A stretch of 64,000 bases of DNA, taken from Lama guanicoe. Taxonomy: Eukaryota. The stretch lies in NCBI GenBank assembly GCA_013239625.1, contig MU054132.1, positions 1,118,001 to 1,182,000 on the forward strand, in the 5' to 3' direction. The translations under genes were made by a program, and so were the position numbers. Under the pieces are notes generated by a model. The model was not told the origin of the DNA. It did no database searches and saw nothing but the letters and a program-made list of their open reading frames with translations. The stretch's first letter is position 1. Every line of letters starts with the position of its first letter. Shown here in pieces: positions 51,075-64,000 of this stretch.

Positions 51075-51990
51075 CAGAACTAAACGTAAAATACAAAACT
51101 ATAAAAGTCTTAAAACATAACATTGAAGAAAAGGAAGGTGACCTTGAGTTTGGTGCTGACTTCTCTGCATGATACACGAAAGAAAAATTGTAATTTGGAC
51201 TTTATTAAAATTAAAACTTCTGATTTGTAAAATGTACTGTTAAGAGAATTAAAAGACAAGCCACCAACTGGGAGAAAATATTTGCAAAACACATAACTGA
51301 TAAAGGACTGGTATTCAAATACACAAAGAACTCTCAAAACTCAACAATAAGAAATGAACAAATGCATTTTTAAATGGGCAAAAGATCCGAACAGACACCT
51401 CACCGAAGAAGAGACATAATGGCAAGTAAGAGTGAAAAAAGATAGTCAACATCATGTCACTAGGGCACTGCAAATTAAAACGGCAATGAGACAGCACCAT
51501 ATACTTACTAGAAAGGTCAAAATCCAAAACACTGATAACATCAAATGCTGACAAGGACTAGAGCAACAAGAACTTTCATTCATTGCTAATGGGAATACTA
51601 AATGGTACAGCCACTTCGGAAGACAGTTGGGCAGCTTCGTATAAAACAAAAAAATACCCTTACCATCCAATCAAGCAGTCATGCTCTTTGATAGTTATCC
51701 AAATGAGTTGAAAACTTACGTCCATGAAGAATCTTGCACATTAATGTTTATAGCAGCTTTATTCATAACTGTCAAAACTTTGAAGCCACAATCTTTTTTT
51801 AATTGAATTATAGTTGGTTTACAATGTTATGTTAATTTCTGGTGTACAGCATAGTATTTCAGTTATACATATACATTCCTTTTCATATTCTTTTTCATTA
51901 TAGGTTATTACAAAATATTGCACACAGATCCCTGTGCTATACTGTAGGACCTTGTTGTTTATCCAAGATATTCTTAAATAGGTGAATTTG
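51075..51990 (+). mobile_element. L1 ORF2 3' fragment with a nested antisense L1 tail (~51793-51962)
   Basis: gggagaaaatatttgcaaaacacata, aaatggtacagccacttcggaagacag. The inner minus-strand tail is ttacaatgttatgttaatttctggtgtacagcatag. Confidence 0.85.
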
Positions 51991-53143
51991 GTTCCTCAGA
52001 ATCAGAATCTCTATTATAACAAGACTCTATACACACACTAAGATCTGAGAAGCCCTCATCAGATCTTCATTTCATGGGCCACACAGGGCAAGGAGGACAG
52101 AAACCAGCCTTCCAGGGTTAAGTCTTATAATGATACACTTCATTTTACCTCTCTCAAGATGAAGCAGATTTAAACCAAAACCCAATTTCCCACAACCCCA
52201 GGGGATGATACAGAAGCCTTCCTTTTAGTGGCAAAAGAACTAAAAAGTCCTGGGAAATTATGGCCACAGAATGCCCCTCATTGGCACTGGCACCCAAGGT
52301 TCTCATAATCAGGGTAAGCCAAGAACCCTCAAACTATAAACATAGTTTTAGGTAATCAACTACTAGTAATGCCAGAGAATACTTCACAGAAATGAAGGTT
52401 AACTTCTCAATAGCTACAGTGTAAGCCAAAAATTCAATATGATAAAATAAAATATAAGCAAACGTACAATTCTATACCCAGAAAAACGGCTTTTTAAGGA
52501 TGAGAGCAAAATATACATATGCATATATAGAAGGTTTTTCTGGGTACAGGGTCTTTGTTGTTAGATTCTCAAAGGAATCTGTACTCAATAATATTAAGAA
52601 CCACTTACTCACAGAGTGGTACTCACCACCTTCTCAGTATCACCACCGAGGCTCTGCTTTAACAGTAGTAGTCACAGGAAATTGTCTTCCTAAAGAAGTT
52701 CCAATTCACTTTTTTCCTTAATTTTTACTTGACACTTCTGTTCTGTCAAAGCAACAAAATATGAAATCTAACCCCTCTTCCACTTGCCGTTATCTTGATA
52801 TATTTGAAAATAGTTACCTAACCCCATCTATTTCTTCTCCAAAGGAAACATCTCTAAATCCTTAAAAAGTATCTCAAATCATTTGATGTCTACTTTCATC
52901 ACTAGCCAGACTGTTTTCTTCTAGATAGGCTCTAGATTATCCATGACTTTGAAAATGTGATTCTTAAAACTGAACACAATACTTAAGATATGAAGTATTA
53001 TGTTCCTCTCTAAAGGTTGTTAGATTTTTCATCCTAAGAATCTATAATCTTGATGCCTCTGTTTGCCTGAATAATACTATCTCCTCATTACCATCTCAAG
53101 GTCAAGAAAGAAGCATCTGAAGAAATGTTTTAAAGAATAGTAT

Positions 53144-53429
53144 ATCACTTACATGTGAAATCTAAAAAATACAACAAACTAGTATATATAACAAAAAAAA
53201 GTAGACTCACAGGTATAGGGAACAAATTAGTGGTGACCAGTGGGGAAAGGGAAAGGGGGAAGGGCAATATAGGGGATTAAGAGGTACTAACCATTACGTA
53301 TAAAATAAGCTACAATAATATATTGTACAACACAGGGAATATAGCCAATACTTTATAATAACTATAAATGGAGTACTATACTGTATACTTGCAACTTATA
53401 ACATTGTACATCAACTATAATTCAATAAA
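53144..53429 (+). mobile_element. L1 3' end with TSD
   Basis: 12-bp TSD AAAGAATAGTAT at 53132-53143 and 53430-53441. Body includes ttgtacaacacagggaatatagccaata. Confidence 0.9.
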
Positions 53430-54004
53430 AAAGAATAGTATTTAGCTCTACTAATTAAAAATTAATGAAAAGGTTATAAGTCAATTCAACAAAGCACCCT
53501 TGAACTACTTAAGACATTCATTTGAAGCCACTGATTCATTCAGATTACTGCACAATTTATATAGCATTCAGTCTATATCATGACACTACGATTAATGTAG
53601 TCAGTCATTTCTTCATTTCACAACTTACTTTAAAAAATCACCTGCAGCATCTATCACAGTGCTACGCACAAGGAAGATACATAAATGTCCGTGGTATTAA
53701 ACTGAACATAGTAATACTAGAGATTAAAGTTCGAATCCTCAAAAAAAAAGTTTAAGTCCTGAATCAGCTACAAATGTGGTATGTGACCTCAAGGAAGATA
53801 ATTGTTCTATGTCTCAAAGTGGTTTCGTGAGTCCATGAACTTCATGTTTCATAGCCAATTTACCACATAACAGGTACAATGAAACTTAGAGGCAATGCAA
53901 TTTCCAGTGAAAGCACCAAACACCACCAATTTCACACCTACCAAGATTACACTTCGATTTGGATCACTAGGCAAGTTTACTAGCATTTTAAAGGGTACCT
54001 TTCC

Positions 54005-54190
54005 CATTCACAAATCTCTTAATTCTCACAACAACCCTGTGAGGTAGGTATTTTCAGCACTCTGTAACATTTGTAAATAAAGAAACAGATTCACTAATTT
54101 GCCCCAGACTTCATAGCTATTATGTGATAGGGCTGGGACCTGAACTCTGGTCTTTTGACACCTGGCCCAATGTTAATACTGCTATACTAC
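54005..54190 (-). mobile_element. MIR SINE
   Basis: ttaattctcacaacaaccctgtgaggtaggtatt...taatttgccccag...gctgggacctgaactctggtc. Confidence 0.75.
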
Positions 54191-54862
54191 AGCTGGTAAT
54201 TGCACTGGCACTGCTAACTGCGGTGTGTTAATTTTGGCAAATATACTTAAGACTTTTAGACCAACTCATTGAAAGCCATCCCTATTCCTGACTGATGAAC
54301 TGGCTGGTTCACCCCTGAGGCATTTCAGCAAGCCTCTGCTATAATAAGCATATAAAATTGTTCAGAATATTCTTCAAACATTTCTTTTGCCCCTATTATT
54401 AATGTTACCCTCATTTTAGTTTGCTAAAGAACAGTTGCCTGGGTAGCCTGCTGGCATTCACTTTAAATTATACCCTACTCAAGAGAATCATGCTAAAATG
54501 GACAGTAACTGAGTACAAGGCACTGGCTATAATCAGAGAAACTCATTCTTGGCAATTCAATCTTACCTTTGATTATTAGGAATATGACTATGCAATACTT
54601 TTTTGTCACTGTTTAGAAAAACCAGATGTGATTTAAAGTGAGATTTTCCCATTTTTAATCTATTAAATTAGCAACTTTTTAATGGACAATTTTTGTGATA
54701 ATGTATCTTCTTAATAATTCTCACTGCTAGCAAGGGTATGATGAGATGGGCTTTGATAAGATGTATAATCTACCTGCAATTTTCCAACACCTATCAAAAG
54801 CCTTTAATTTACACACTTCTGACCCAATAGTTAAATATATTATTTAAGAATCTACCATGGCT

Positions 54863-54982
54863 GGGGGGAGGGTACAGCTCAGTGGCAGAGTGAATGCCTA
54901 GCATGCATGAGGTCCTGGGTTCAATCTCCATTAAAAAATTAAATAAACCTAATTACCTATCCCCTCCCTCAAAAAATAAAAA
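54863..54982 (+). mobile_element. Vic-1-like SINE
   Basis: GGGGGGAGGGTACAGCTCAGTGGCAGAG...GGGTTCAATCTCCATTAAAA...CCTAATTACC. Confidence 0.92.
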
Positions 54983-54994
54983 TTAACGAATGTA

Positions 54995-55635
54995 TCATAA
55001 TGTGAAGAAATTGGAACCTTCATGTATTACTGGTGTCATTACAGTGTCATTTTTGTAAACACTTTTAGTCTGATAGTTACTCAGGAAGTTAAAAACTGAA
55101 TTACCATATGACCCATATACTCTTAACCAAAAGATATGAAAACACATATCCACAACTTGTATATGAACATTCTTATCAGTATTATTCACAACAGCTAAAT
55201 AGAAACAACTTGAACGTCCATTAACTTATGAACGGATAAACAAAATGTAATATATGCACACAAAGGAATATTATGTACCCATAAAAAGGAATGGAGTGCT
55301 GACACATGCTACAACTTGAATGAACCTTGAAAACATTATGCTAAATGAAAGACATCAGTCACAAAAAGCCACCTACTGAATAATCCCATTTATGTGAAAC
55401 AGCCAAAAAAAGACAAAGCCATAGAAACAGAAAGTAGATTAGTGGTTGCCAAAGGATAGAGGGAAGAAGGCAGGAAAAGATTGCTAATGGGTACCAAGTT
55501 TCTTTTGGAGTGATGAAACATTCAAAAATCTGATAGCAGTGATGATGGAACAACTTTGGAAATATACTAAACACCACTGAAAGGGTGAATTTTGTGGTAT
55601 ATTTATTATACTTCAATAAATCTGTTATAAAAAAG
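54995..55635 (+). mobile_element. L1MB-like 3' end
   Basis: gaattaccatatgaccca, atgaaccttgaaaacattatgctaaatgaaaga, ending tacttcaataaatctgtt. Confidence 0.85.
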
Positions 55636-56682
55636 GAATGTATCTTCATAAAAATATGAAATATAAAGGGCCTATGAATAAAAATAATAGCCAAAACCAA
55701 AATGCCTATACATAGTAGCAAGGGAAAACTAAGTAAATCAAAACCTTTCCATATGATGCAACATTATGTGGCCATTAAAGCTTACCTTTAAAATAGCTTT
55801 TAATAACATAGAAAATTCTTAAATTTTTAAAAAGCAATAGAGAAAATTATTTATTGGCAGAATAATCTAAGTTACCATAGTTACCCTGATTGCTGATGGT
55901 GCTGAATTTTCTAAAACAAATATAGAAATTTTCAGAGATGCCAGAATTTACACATATTATTCACCATCACCTTTGTAATAGCCAACCTATCAGGTTAAGA
56001 GTCCATTTTTTAAGAAATCATTTTAATTATTATCTGATTAAAGGGAACTGTGAATTCTCTAATTCTTTCCCTTTCTGAAGAATAAGATATTTTTTAAAAG
56101 CATTTCTTCATGTCTGGTAATGAAAGGCAAACAAAACAATAACAAAAGAACAGATGAGATCCTGCTCTTTTGTCTCCCCTGTCTCTATGGTTTAGTAAAC
56201 AAGAAGGAAAAGAAAATGAGCACCTAGGAAAAAATGTGCACACAGAATTAACAATCAACACAGCCAATCACATTATCGTAAGTACTCCCAGGTTCATAAA
56301 AGAATTACTTTGTGACTGGACAGAACACATTTCCCTAGAGAAATAATACGTAAAATCACATTAAAGTTACTTTTCTAACACACAGAAGTTTATGATCCAA
56401 AGTATTCTGAGTTCCAGAAACTAAGGCTAATTAGGGGCAAATGGTATAGAGAAGCAGAGATAGAAATGAGAATTAACTTTCCTGGACCTCAGGAAACATT
56501 CTATAAAGTAAAAATAGTCTTACAATACTCCACTTCCCTTCTGTGCCATTTTCTGTGGCACTGTGCTAAAGTCCACTACAATGGCATCTTTACCTCAGGG
56601 TTAATGAAATAAACATTTGGCAGTAGGGAAAGAAAAATGAAATACAAGATACAGTCTCTGACTTCAAGAGGATCTCAGTCCA

Positions 56683-57568
56683 TACAAATGGCCAATAGGC
56701 ACATGAAAAATGCTCAATATCACTAATTATTAGAGATATACAACTCAAAACTACAATGAGGTATCACCTCACACCAGTCAGAATGGCCATCATTCAAAAG
56801 TCCACAAACGATAAATGCTGGAGAGGGTGTGAAGAAAAGGAAACCTTCTTACACTGTTGGTGGGAATGTAGTTTGGTCCAGCCATTATGGAAAACAGTAT
56901 GGAGATTCCTCAAAAGACTAAAAATAGACTTACCATACGATCCAGCAATCCTACTCCTGGGCATATATCCAGAGGGAAATCTAATTCGAAAAGATACATG
57001 CACCTCAATGTTCATAGCAGCACTATTTATAATAGCCAAGAAACAGGAACAACCTAAATGTCCCCAACAGATGACTGGATAAAGAAGTTGTGGTATATAT
57101 ATGTATATATATACGCAATGGAATAATACTCATCCATAAAAAAGAAAAAACAATGCCATTTGCTGCAACATGGATGGACCCGGAGATCGTCATTCTAAGT
57201 GAAGTAAGCCAGAAAGAGGAAGAAAAATACCATGTTATTACTTACATGTGGAATGTAAAAAAAAACCCCCAAAACACAAGCTTATTTACAAAACAGAAAG
57301 ACTCAGAAACAGAAAACAAACTTAAAGTTACAGGGGGAAGAGGGTAGGAAGGGATAAATTAGGAGTTTGAGATTTGCAGATACTACTATATATAAAATAC
57401 ATAAACAACAAGTTTCTATTGTATAACACAGGGAACTACATTCAATATCTTGTAGCCTATAATGAAAAAGCATATGAAAACAAATATATGTATGTATATG
57501 TATAACTGAAACATGCTGTACACCAGAAATTGACATTATAAAATGATTATACTTCAATTTTTAAAAAA
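56683..57568 (+). mobile_element. Relatively young 5'-truncated L1 (ORF2 C-terminus and 3' UTR)
   Basis: ORF 56756..57082 (MRYHLTPVRMA...[18 protein letters not shown]) is the ORF2 cysteine-rich motif. 17-bp TSD AAGAGGATCTCAGTCCA (56666-56682) and AGGAGGATCTCTGTCCA (57569-57585). Confidence 0.95.
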
Positions 57569-57619
57569 AGGAGGATCTCTGTCCAATGAAAAGGCATTTA
57601 TAATTTTTTAAATGTGGAG

Positions 57620-59505
57620 ATCTGAAGGAATCTACACATACACACAAAAGTATTAGCACTAATAAATAAGTTCAGCAAGGTTGCAGAACACCTGATCAAT
57701 ACACAAAAATTTCTATGCACTATCAACAACCCAAAAATAACATTAAGAAAAAAATTCCATTTACAACAGCATCAAAAAAATAAAATAAAATAAAATGCTC
57801 AGGGAATAAATTAAACCAAAGAACTACAAAACTTGTACACTGGAAACAACCAAGCATTGCTGAAAGAAATTAAATAAGAAATAAATAAATGGAAACACAT
57901 TCCATGTCCATGGATTAGGAGACTTAATACTGTTAAAATGGCAATAGTCTCCAAATTGATTTAGAGATTCAGTGCAGTCCCTATCAAAATTCCAACTGCC
58001 TTTTCTGCAGAACCTGACAAACTGAATCTGAAATTCATAAGGAAATACATGGGATCCAGAATAGCCAAAACAATGTTGAAGGACTCACACATCTCAATTT
58101 CAAAACATACTACAAAGCTACAGTAATCAAGACAGCATGGTACTGGCTTATAAGGACAGACATGTAGGTCAATGGAATAGAATTGAGAATCCAGAGGTAA
58201 ACCAACACATCTAAGGTCAACAGATTATTAACCTGAGTGTCAAGACAATTCAATGAACGAGGAAGTCTTTTCAAGAACAACTGGATATCCACGTGCAAAA
58301 AATAGAAAATAAAAAAAAAGACAATGTGGACCCTCTACTTCATATCATATATAAAAATTAACTTAAAATAGATCAAAAACCTAAATGAGACAGCTACAAC
58401 TATAAAACTCTTAAGAGAAACACAAGTAGAATCTTTGTGATCCTGGAGTAAGCAACAGTTTTTTAGATGTGACACCTAAAGCATAAGCAACCAAGGAAAA
58501 AAAGGATAAAGTGTACTTCATCAAAATTAGAAACTTCTGTGCTTCAAAGGATACTACTGAGAAAGTGAATACACAAGACAACCTACAAAATGGAGAAAAT
58601 AAACACAAATCATATATCTTAAAGAGATTTGTATCTAGACTATATAAAGAACTCTTACAATTCAACAATTAAAAAAATCTAATTAAAAATGGACAAAGGA
58701 TTTGAATACACATTTCTCCAAAGAAGATATACAAATGGCCAATAAGCACAATAGTCACCATGAAATCACAATCACAATGAGATATCACTTCACACCCACT
58801 AGAATGGAATCAAAAAAACATATAATACCAAGTGTTTGCGAGGTCATGTAAAAATTGGAACCCTCATATACTGCTGGTGGGAACAAAATGGTGTGAGCAC
58901 TTTGGAAAACAGACTGGCAGTTCCTCACAAGTGTAAAGAGAATTACCATGGGACCCAGTAACTCCACTCTTAGCTTTATACCCAAGAGAAATAAAATAAA
59001 AACTTACGTCCACCCAAAAACGTGTATACAAATAAAAAAACAAATGAACATAGTAGCATATTCATAGTAGCTAAAAATGGAAACAACCCACTGAGGAAAG
59101 AATAAACAAAATGTGGTATATCTACACAATGCAGTATTCAGCCATAAAAAGGAATGAAGTACTCATACATGGTACAACATGGATGAACCTTGAAAACAAA
59201 ATGCTAAGTGAAAAAAAAAAAGCCAGATACAAAAAAGCATATAGCATATTCCATTTATATGATATATTCAGAACAGACAAATTCATAGGCAGAGAATAGA
59301 TTAGTGGGTGCCATAGGGTGGGCGAGGTCTGGGGAATTGGAAGTGACTGTTAATAGGTTTGGGATATCTTTTGGGGATGACGAAAATGCTCTCAAATTAG
59401 ATAGTGGTGATGGTTGCACAACACTGTGAATATATCAAAAACCACAATGACTTGTATGCTTTAAAATGGTGAGTTTTATGGAAAGTGAATTATATCTTAA
59501 TTTTT
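57620..59505 (+). mobile_element. L1MB-like ORF2 3' half and 3' UTR
   Basis: aagttcagcaaggttgcaga, tacaaagctacagtaatcaagacagcatggtactgg, aacatggatgaaccttgaaaac. Confidence 0.9.
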
Positions 59506-60849
59506 TTTGAACTACAGAATAACATACACCCAAGGATTGGTGAAAACACCAAAGAGAAGTACTTAACACAGACTAGGGTAGGAAGAGGTCAGAAGGGCCA
59601 TCTAAAGGTGACCCTTAAGCTCATACTAAGGAGGAAAGTTTTCAAGTCTTTAAGTCTGCCTTATCACCCACCCTCTCCCCTCCCCAATCCTCCTTAAGCT
59701 CAGAAATCTGTCCTCCAAAGAAACCTGCCAGAACATTTATTTCCCAATACAAATTATTTCCATAAAAATACATTCTACCTAGAAGAAAATGACTAAGAGT
59801 GCTCTTGAATCCTCTTGTGTATTTCTATTCCTAAAAGAGAAAATGGGTCATAACCCAAATGAGTATGAAATGAAAATTTCAGACACTTTGACAAAAATAA
59901 AGCTCAAAGAAAGGAGTCACTACAGGAAGCAACCTTTTGATTAAGGGTCTCTATCCTCCACTCCCACTCACCACCTATCCCCAGCCTCCCCTAAATTTTT
60001 CAGTTTTTCCTTATTTAGAATATACTATCATCTCCTCTATAAGCTTTAAGTTTTTCCATAGCAGTCTCAACATGGGAAAGAGGGGAAGAGTAGACAGACA
60101 CTTTAACTATTTTACATGTCAGAACCTATACTTTGTCATAATAAAAAACAATCTTATAACCTAACTTCAATCAATAATCAATAACTATCATTAGAAAAAA
60201 CCAGCTGTGCCTTTCAGCGTGGTAAGATGTAAAACATTTTAATTACAAGTGTACACACAAACTACATAAGAAAATCAGAACCAAGATCTCTTTTGGAAAT
60301 ACTTAAGTAATAAAGTCAGAAGTTAGGAGCAAATACACAAAGTATGAAGTTTTGCCTCTACAGATTCCTAGGATCTGACCTTGGCATCTAGGTGAGTATT
60401 TTCTCAATCTACTCAAGTAAAAAAACACACAAAAAAATAAAAATCATAGACATAGGAAAGAAACAAAGGCAAAGGATAATAGAATCAGGATTCAAACGGT
60501 ATCCTCTGGAACAATGGACAGAAATCAGGAGTTACAGAGAGAAAAATAAGAGTGTAAAAAAGTCCAACATATAGGGTTAGAAAATCTACCAACCAAGGAC
60601 AAAGACTTGGGTTAACAGTTCTAGAGAAAAAAAGACCTAGAGGTGAGCTTACTACCAGAAAAGTATAAACTAACACTGAAAAGTGGAGATTGAAAGGAAA
60701 AAGAACCTAATTTACTGGAAAGTGGTAAGCTCCCTGAGGGCAGGGATCACTTTTAATCCCTTAATCACTTTGCTTTCAGGGCCTACTACAGGAGTATCTG
60801 GATCAGACCATATGCGACAAACTGACAAACTAGTCTGTCCACAGGATGA

Positions 60850-61225
60850 TACCCAACATGGTGAAAAATTTAGAAAGAACATTTCATAAAAGGTGACTAA
60901 AAGAAAAAACTGTTTAGTCTGGAAAAGAAAAAACTTAAGTGAGGCAAAATAACTGTCACTGAATAGCTGTAAAGTGGAGACTGGAGCTACAGGGAATAAT
61001 TGTAGACAGCAAAATTAGAACTGCAGGAGTCAGGTTTGAGATCACTATTGGGGCAGTCTTTCAAAAATGACAAATTTGCAAACCTGGAATTGACAGCCAC
61101 CAACTGTGAAGGCCCTTTCTGGGGGAATATGTGCTGGAAGAGAGGACTGAAAGAATCACTTACATTGTGTGAAAAACTGCACTTGATTATCTCTAAAGTC
61201 TTTTCCAAGACTATGATTCTGTAAG
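60850..61225 (+). mobile_element. CR1/L3 LINE 3' remnant
   Basis: tgtttagtctggaaaagaaaaaactt ... ending tctctaaagtcttttccaagactatgattctgt. Confidence 0.6.
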
Positions 61226-61649
61226 TAGTAAGAAGTCCAATAAAGGAATTCTTGCTGTCAACACTGCCAAAGTTTTTTTTTAAATATCTAAAACTCAGGA
61301 ACTTCTTTAATCAAAAGGAACAATCCCACCAAGAAGGGACAAAGGTTGACTTGTTAGTCAAGACACTTGATATGAAGAGACTGCTTTGCTTGGGATTAAG
61401 CATATCATGGGGAGGAAGAACAGGTCACCAATTCCAGCTACATTCACACACTTCCTGTTTGGCCAGGGGCAAATGACTCCACCTCTCCACTTGAACTGAA
61501 AAAGTCATTTAAAATACCAGTATTACAGGAATATAACTTAAATTAGTTACCTGTAAAATGCTTTGGACTTTATCTTATGCGACAAAACTGCATTTTCCTA
61601 CTTTACACACATACTATGGTTCAACAAGTTAAGTAAATCTATTATAAAT

Positions 61650-63040
61650 AGCAAGAGCCAAATTTCTCACTGTCAGAGAAAGGAATTACAAAAAAGCAAA
61701 GATGGGGAATGCTAGAATGAATTTTGTGGTGCCAGATTAAAGTCAGAGAGACCAGTACGAATTCATGTTTATATTTACATAAAGATAGACAAAGAAATAA
61801 ACACAGATTGTGTACACCTGAGTCAGTAAACACATATATTTCCTAGCTCTGTTCCCTACGAGGGCCAGAGGCAGTGACACCCCAGCAAGCAATGAGTATA
61901 CCCAGTTCAGTTAGAAACCAGATCTTGGCTTCTAAACATTTTTTCTCCAATAAAAGAAACCAGGGCTCCTTGGAGAAATGGCTGATTCTGGGGCTAGGGC
62001 AGGGAAAATACAAGATGAGACTGGAGCATCTTACAGCACCAGGAAGTAAAAACGTGCTCCAAAAAAAGGGGGACATGTCAAAAGAACACAAATGCCAAAT
62101 GGTCAAAGCTGGAAGAATCTGAGCAACAAAACAGAGTACTGGATTACAACCCAAAGAGGGAAAAATATTCAGGAATCGATACTGATATAAATTATTTAAT
62201 TAAAAAAATTGGGGGGAAGAATTCCAAATAATAAACGTAGAAGGAATGAGGGAAACAGAAAATCACCACTAGACTAACACAATAATAATTGCTGCTGCAG
62301 GCAAGTTTCACTGACCAATGCTAAAATTAGTGGATGAAACTTTAAGGAAAAATCACCTTTGTACAGCCTTGCAGAATCTCCCCCAAAATATTTACTGATT
62401 TCTGTGGGTGGTTTAAACATATGATGACAATTCTCTGATACTCATCCCTTCAGGAGGTGGAGCTTAATTCCCTTGCCCTGAAGCGTGGGCTTGATTTGGT
62501 GACTCAAACAAATGAAGTAAGGAAAAGCAAAAAGAGTCAGACACCACTTTAAATCAAGTTACCAAAGTTAACATCAGTAATAAGCTTACTGGTGGTATCA
62601 GGTATAACCTGATAGGAGATATCTCTAGGGTATTCATCCCTAAAATGCCTAACCTGAGACTAATCATGAGAAACAGCAGATAAACCTACATTCAGGAACA
62701 CTCTACAAATGGCCACTACTCCTCAAAGAGATCAAGTGGCAAAGGAAAGAAGAAACCAAGAAACTGTCACAGATGGGAGGAAACTAAGGAAACAAAACAT
62801 CTAAATGCAATGTGGTATCCTGGATTGAATCCTGTAACAGAAAAAAAGTGTAGAAAAACTAGGGAAATCAGAGCAACGTCTGTAATTTAGCAACATTAAA
62901 CTACTGTTGATTGCTTAATTTTAATAACTATCACAGTTATATAAGATGTAAACTTTAAGGGGAGCTGGATGAAGGATACATAGAAATTGTGTACTATCTT
63001 TACAACTCTTCTGTAATCTAAAGTTATTTCAAAATAATTT
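61650..63040 (+). mobile_element. L1MC/MD-type 3' UTR
   Basis: cagatcttggcttctaaac...ccagggctccttggagaaatggctgattct...ctaaatgcaatgtggtatcctggattgaatcctg...tctaaagttatttcaaaataa. Confidence 0.85.
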
Positions 63041-64000
63041 TTAACTGCATTTTCCTTGTTAAGTCAGAAAGAGGAATGATTATAAATAAATTTTAAAAGA
63101 TAAATACAAACCAATAAAATTGGCTTTATGGTGAGAAGTTTAACTTTTTAACCTATAAAGAATCACAAAAGTAAACTCAGTTGACTTTCAAGATTAAAAT
63201 TTTAATGACAAACAAAAATTGTTCCCCTAAGGTCTGCACTGAGAGATTAGCCTAGTTAGTATGCTCTAAGAGATAGTGAGAACAAATCCCTCACATGTAT
63301 CAGTTTGCTTTATCGCCTTTCTTGACCCTAACTGTCCTAAACACACTCACTCCAAGCAATAGGCCACAGTAACCTGGTTGTAAAAGTGCCATTTAGAAGG
63401 ACAAAATGAAAACAGTGATATTTACTCAGTTTATTTTTCCAACTGACCAAATCAAATGAACCACTAAGATGACTTCCATTGGGTCAAAATGTTCCTCTCA
63501 GATTTTCTTGCCTTTTAAGGAAAAATAAAACTGACATATCAACTACCCATGTTTAGTATTTAAGGAATAGGAGGAGAAAGACAATAGCAAAAATTTGAAA
63601 TGTCAACAGCAAAAGTTACAGTCAAAGGATGGACCATCAAATTCAGAAACAAGATCGGAAAAAACAAAAAGACACTGAGGTCCCTAAGAACCACTTCTCT
63701 TAAACTAAGCCACCTATCTTGATGTAGCTCAGAGATTCAGTCCACACAGCCTACCCGACAGCCCACCTCAAGGGAACACTCACTCCCATCCCCACCCCAC
63801 AACCAAAATATAAAGCACAAGCAAGTATCCTTCCCTGTTCTCAAGCCATTTAGAAAAAGTTTGATCTTGTCCTTCTCTACCCTGCAAGCTAATTAATAAA
63901 AGTTTTCATACCCTCAAAAAAACAAAAATAAAGCCAACCCACCTAGAAAATCCAGGTGCTTCCTTCACTGTCAGCAAACAATGGAAAATTACTTTTTAAT

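Larger units (their letters stand above)
10734..64000 (-). other. MAP4: MAP4 5' intron(s) upstream of the AUG exon (partial; may contain alternative non-coding exons)
   Basis: The AUG exon begins with a splice acceptor, so a non-coding first exon lies upstream. There is no CpG island in the window. L1s are mostly antisense to the minus strand, as expected inside a gene. Confidence 0.7.

Noticed and set aside
56756..57347. ORFs with a Cys/His motif
   Set aside because: They are the frameshifted C-terminus of L1 ORF2 in a 5'-truncated copy, not a host gene.
1..64000. CRISPR array, operon or other prokaryote-type system
   Set aside because: The sequence is a mammalian intron with no repeat-spacer array and no long ORFs. 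The remaining short ORFs are consistent with chance or repeat origin.

Overview
This is mammalian genomic DNA, very probably from a camelid, judging by about 11 copies of a tRNA-derived SINE that resembles Vic-1. The window lies inside the MAP4 gene on the minus strand. The only protein-coding sequence I can support is the first coding exon: exon 10733-10492, ATG at 10714, 74 codons plus 1 nt, [10 protein letters not shown]...SQVE. The rest is intron: about 10 kb downstream and more than 53 kb upstream. It is filled with L1, L2, MIR, CR1, MaLR/ERVL LTR, hAT and Tc1/mariner fossils. No CpG-island first exon and no next coding exon are visible. I see no evidence for a wholly new biological system. 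The most interesting items are: (1) a U6 snRNA/L1 chimeric retrocopy later split by a SINE with a clean target-site duplication (TSD); (2) a three-tier L1>MER58>Tigger nested insertion with a perfect TSD and terminal inverted repeats (TIRs); (3) three intronic segments that look like alternative 5' exons or internal promoters of MAP4; (4) CTCF motifs; (5) inverted SINEs flanking the AUG exon. Repeat boundaries and subfamily names come from recall of consensus sequences and are approximate unless TSD or TIR coordinates are given.
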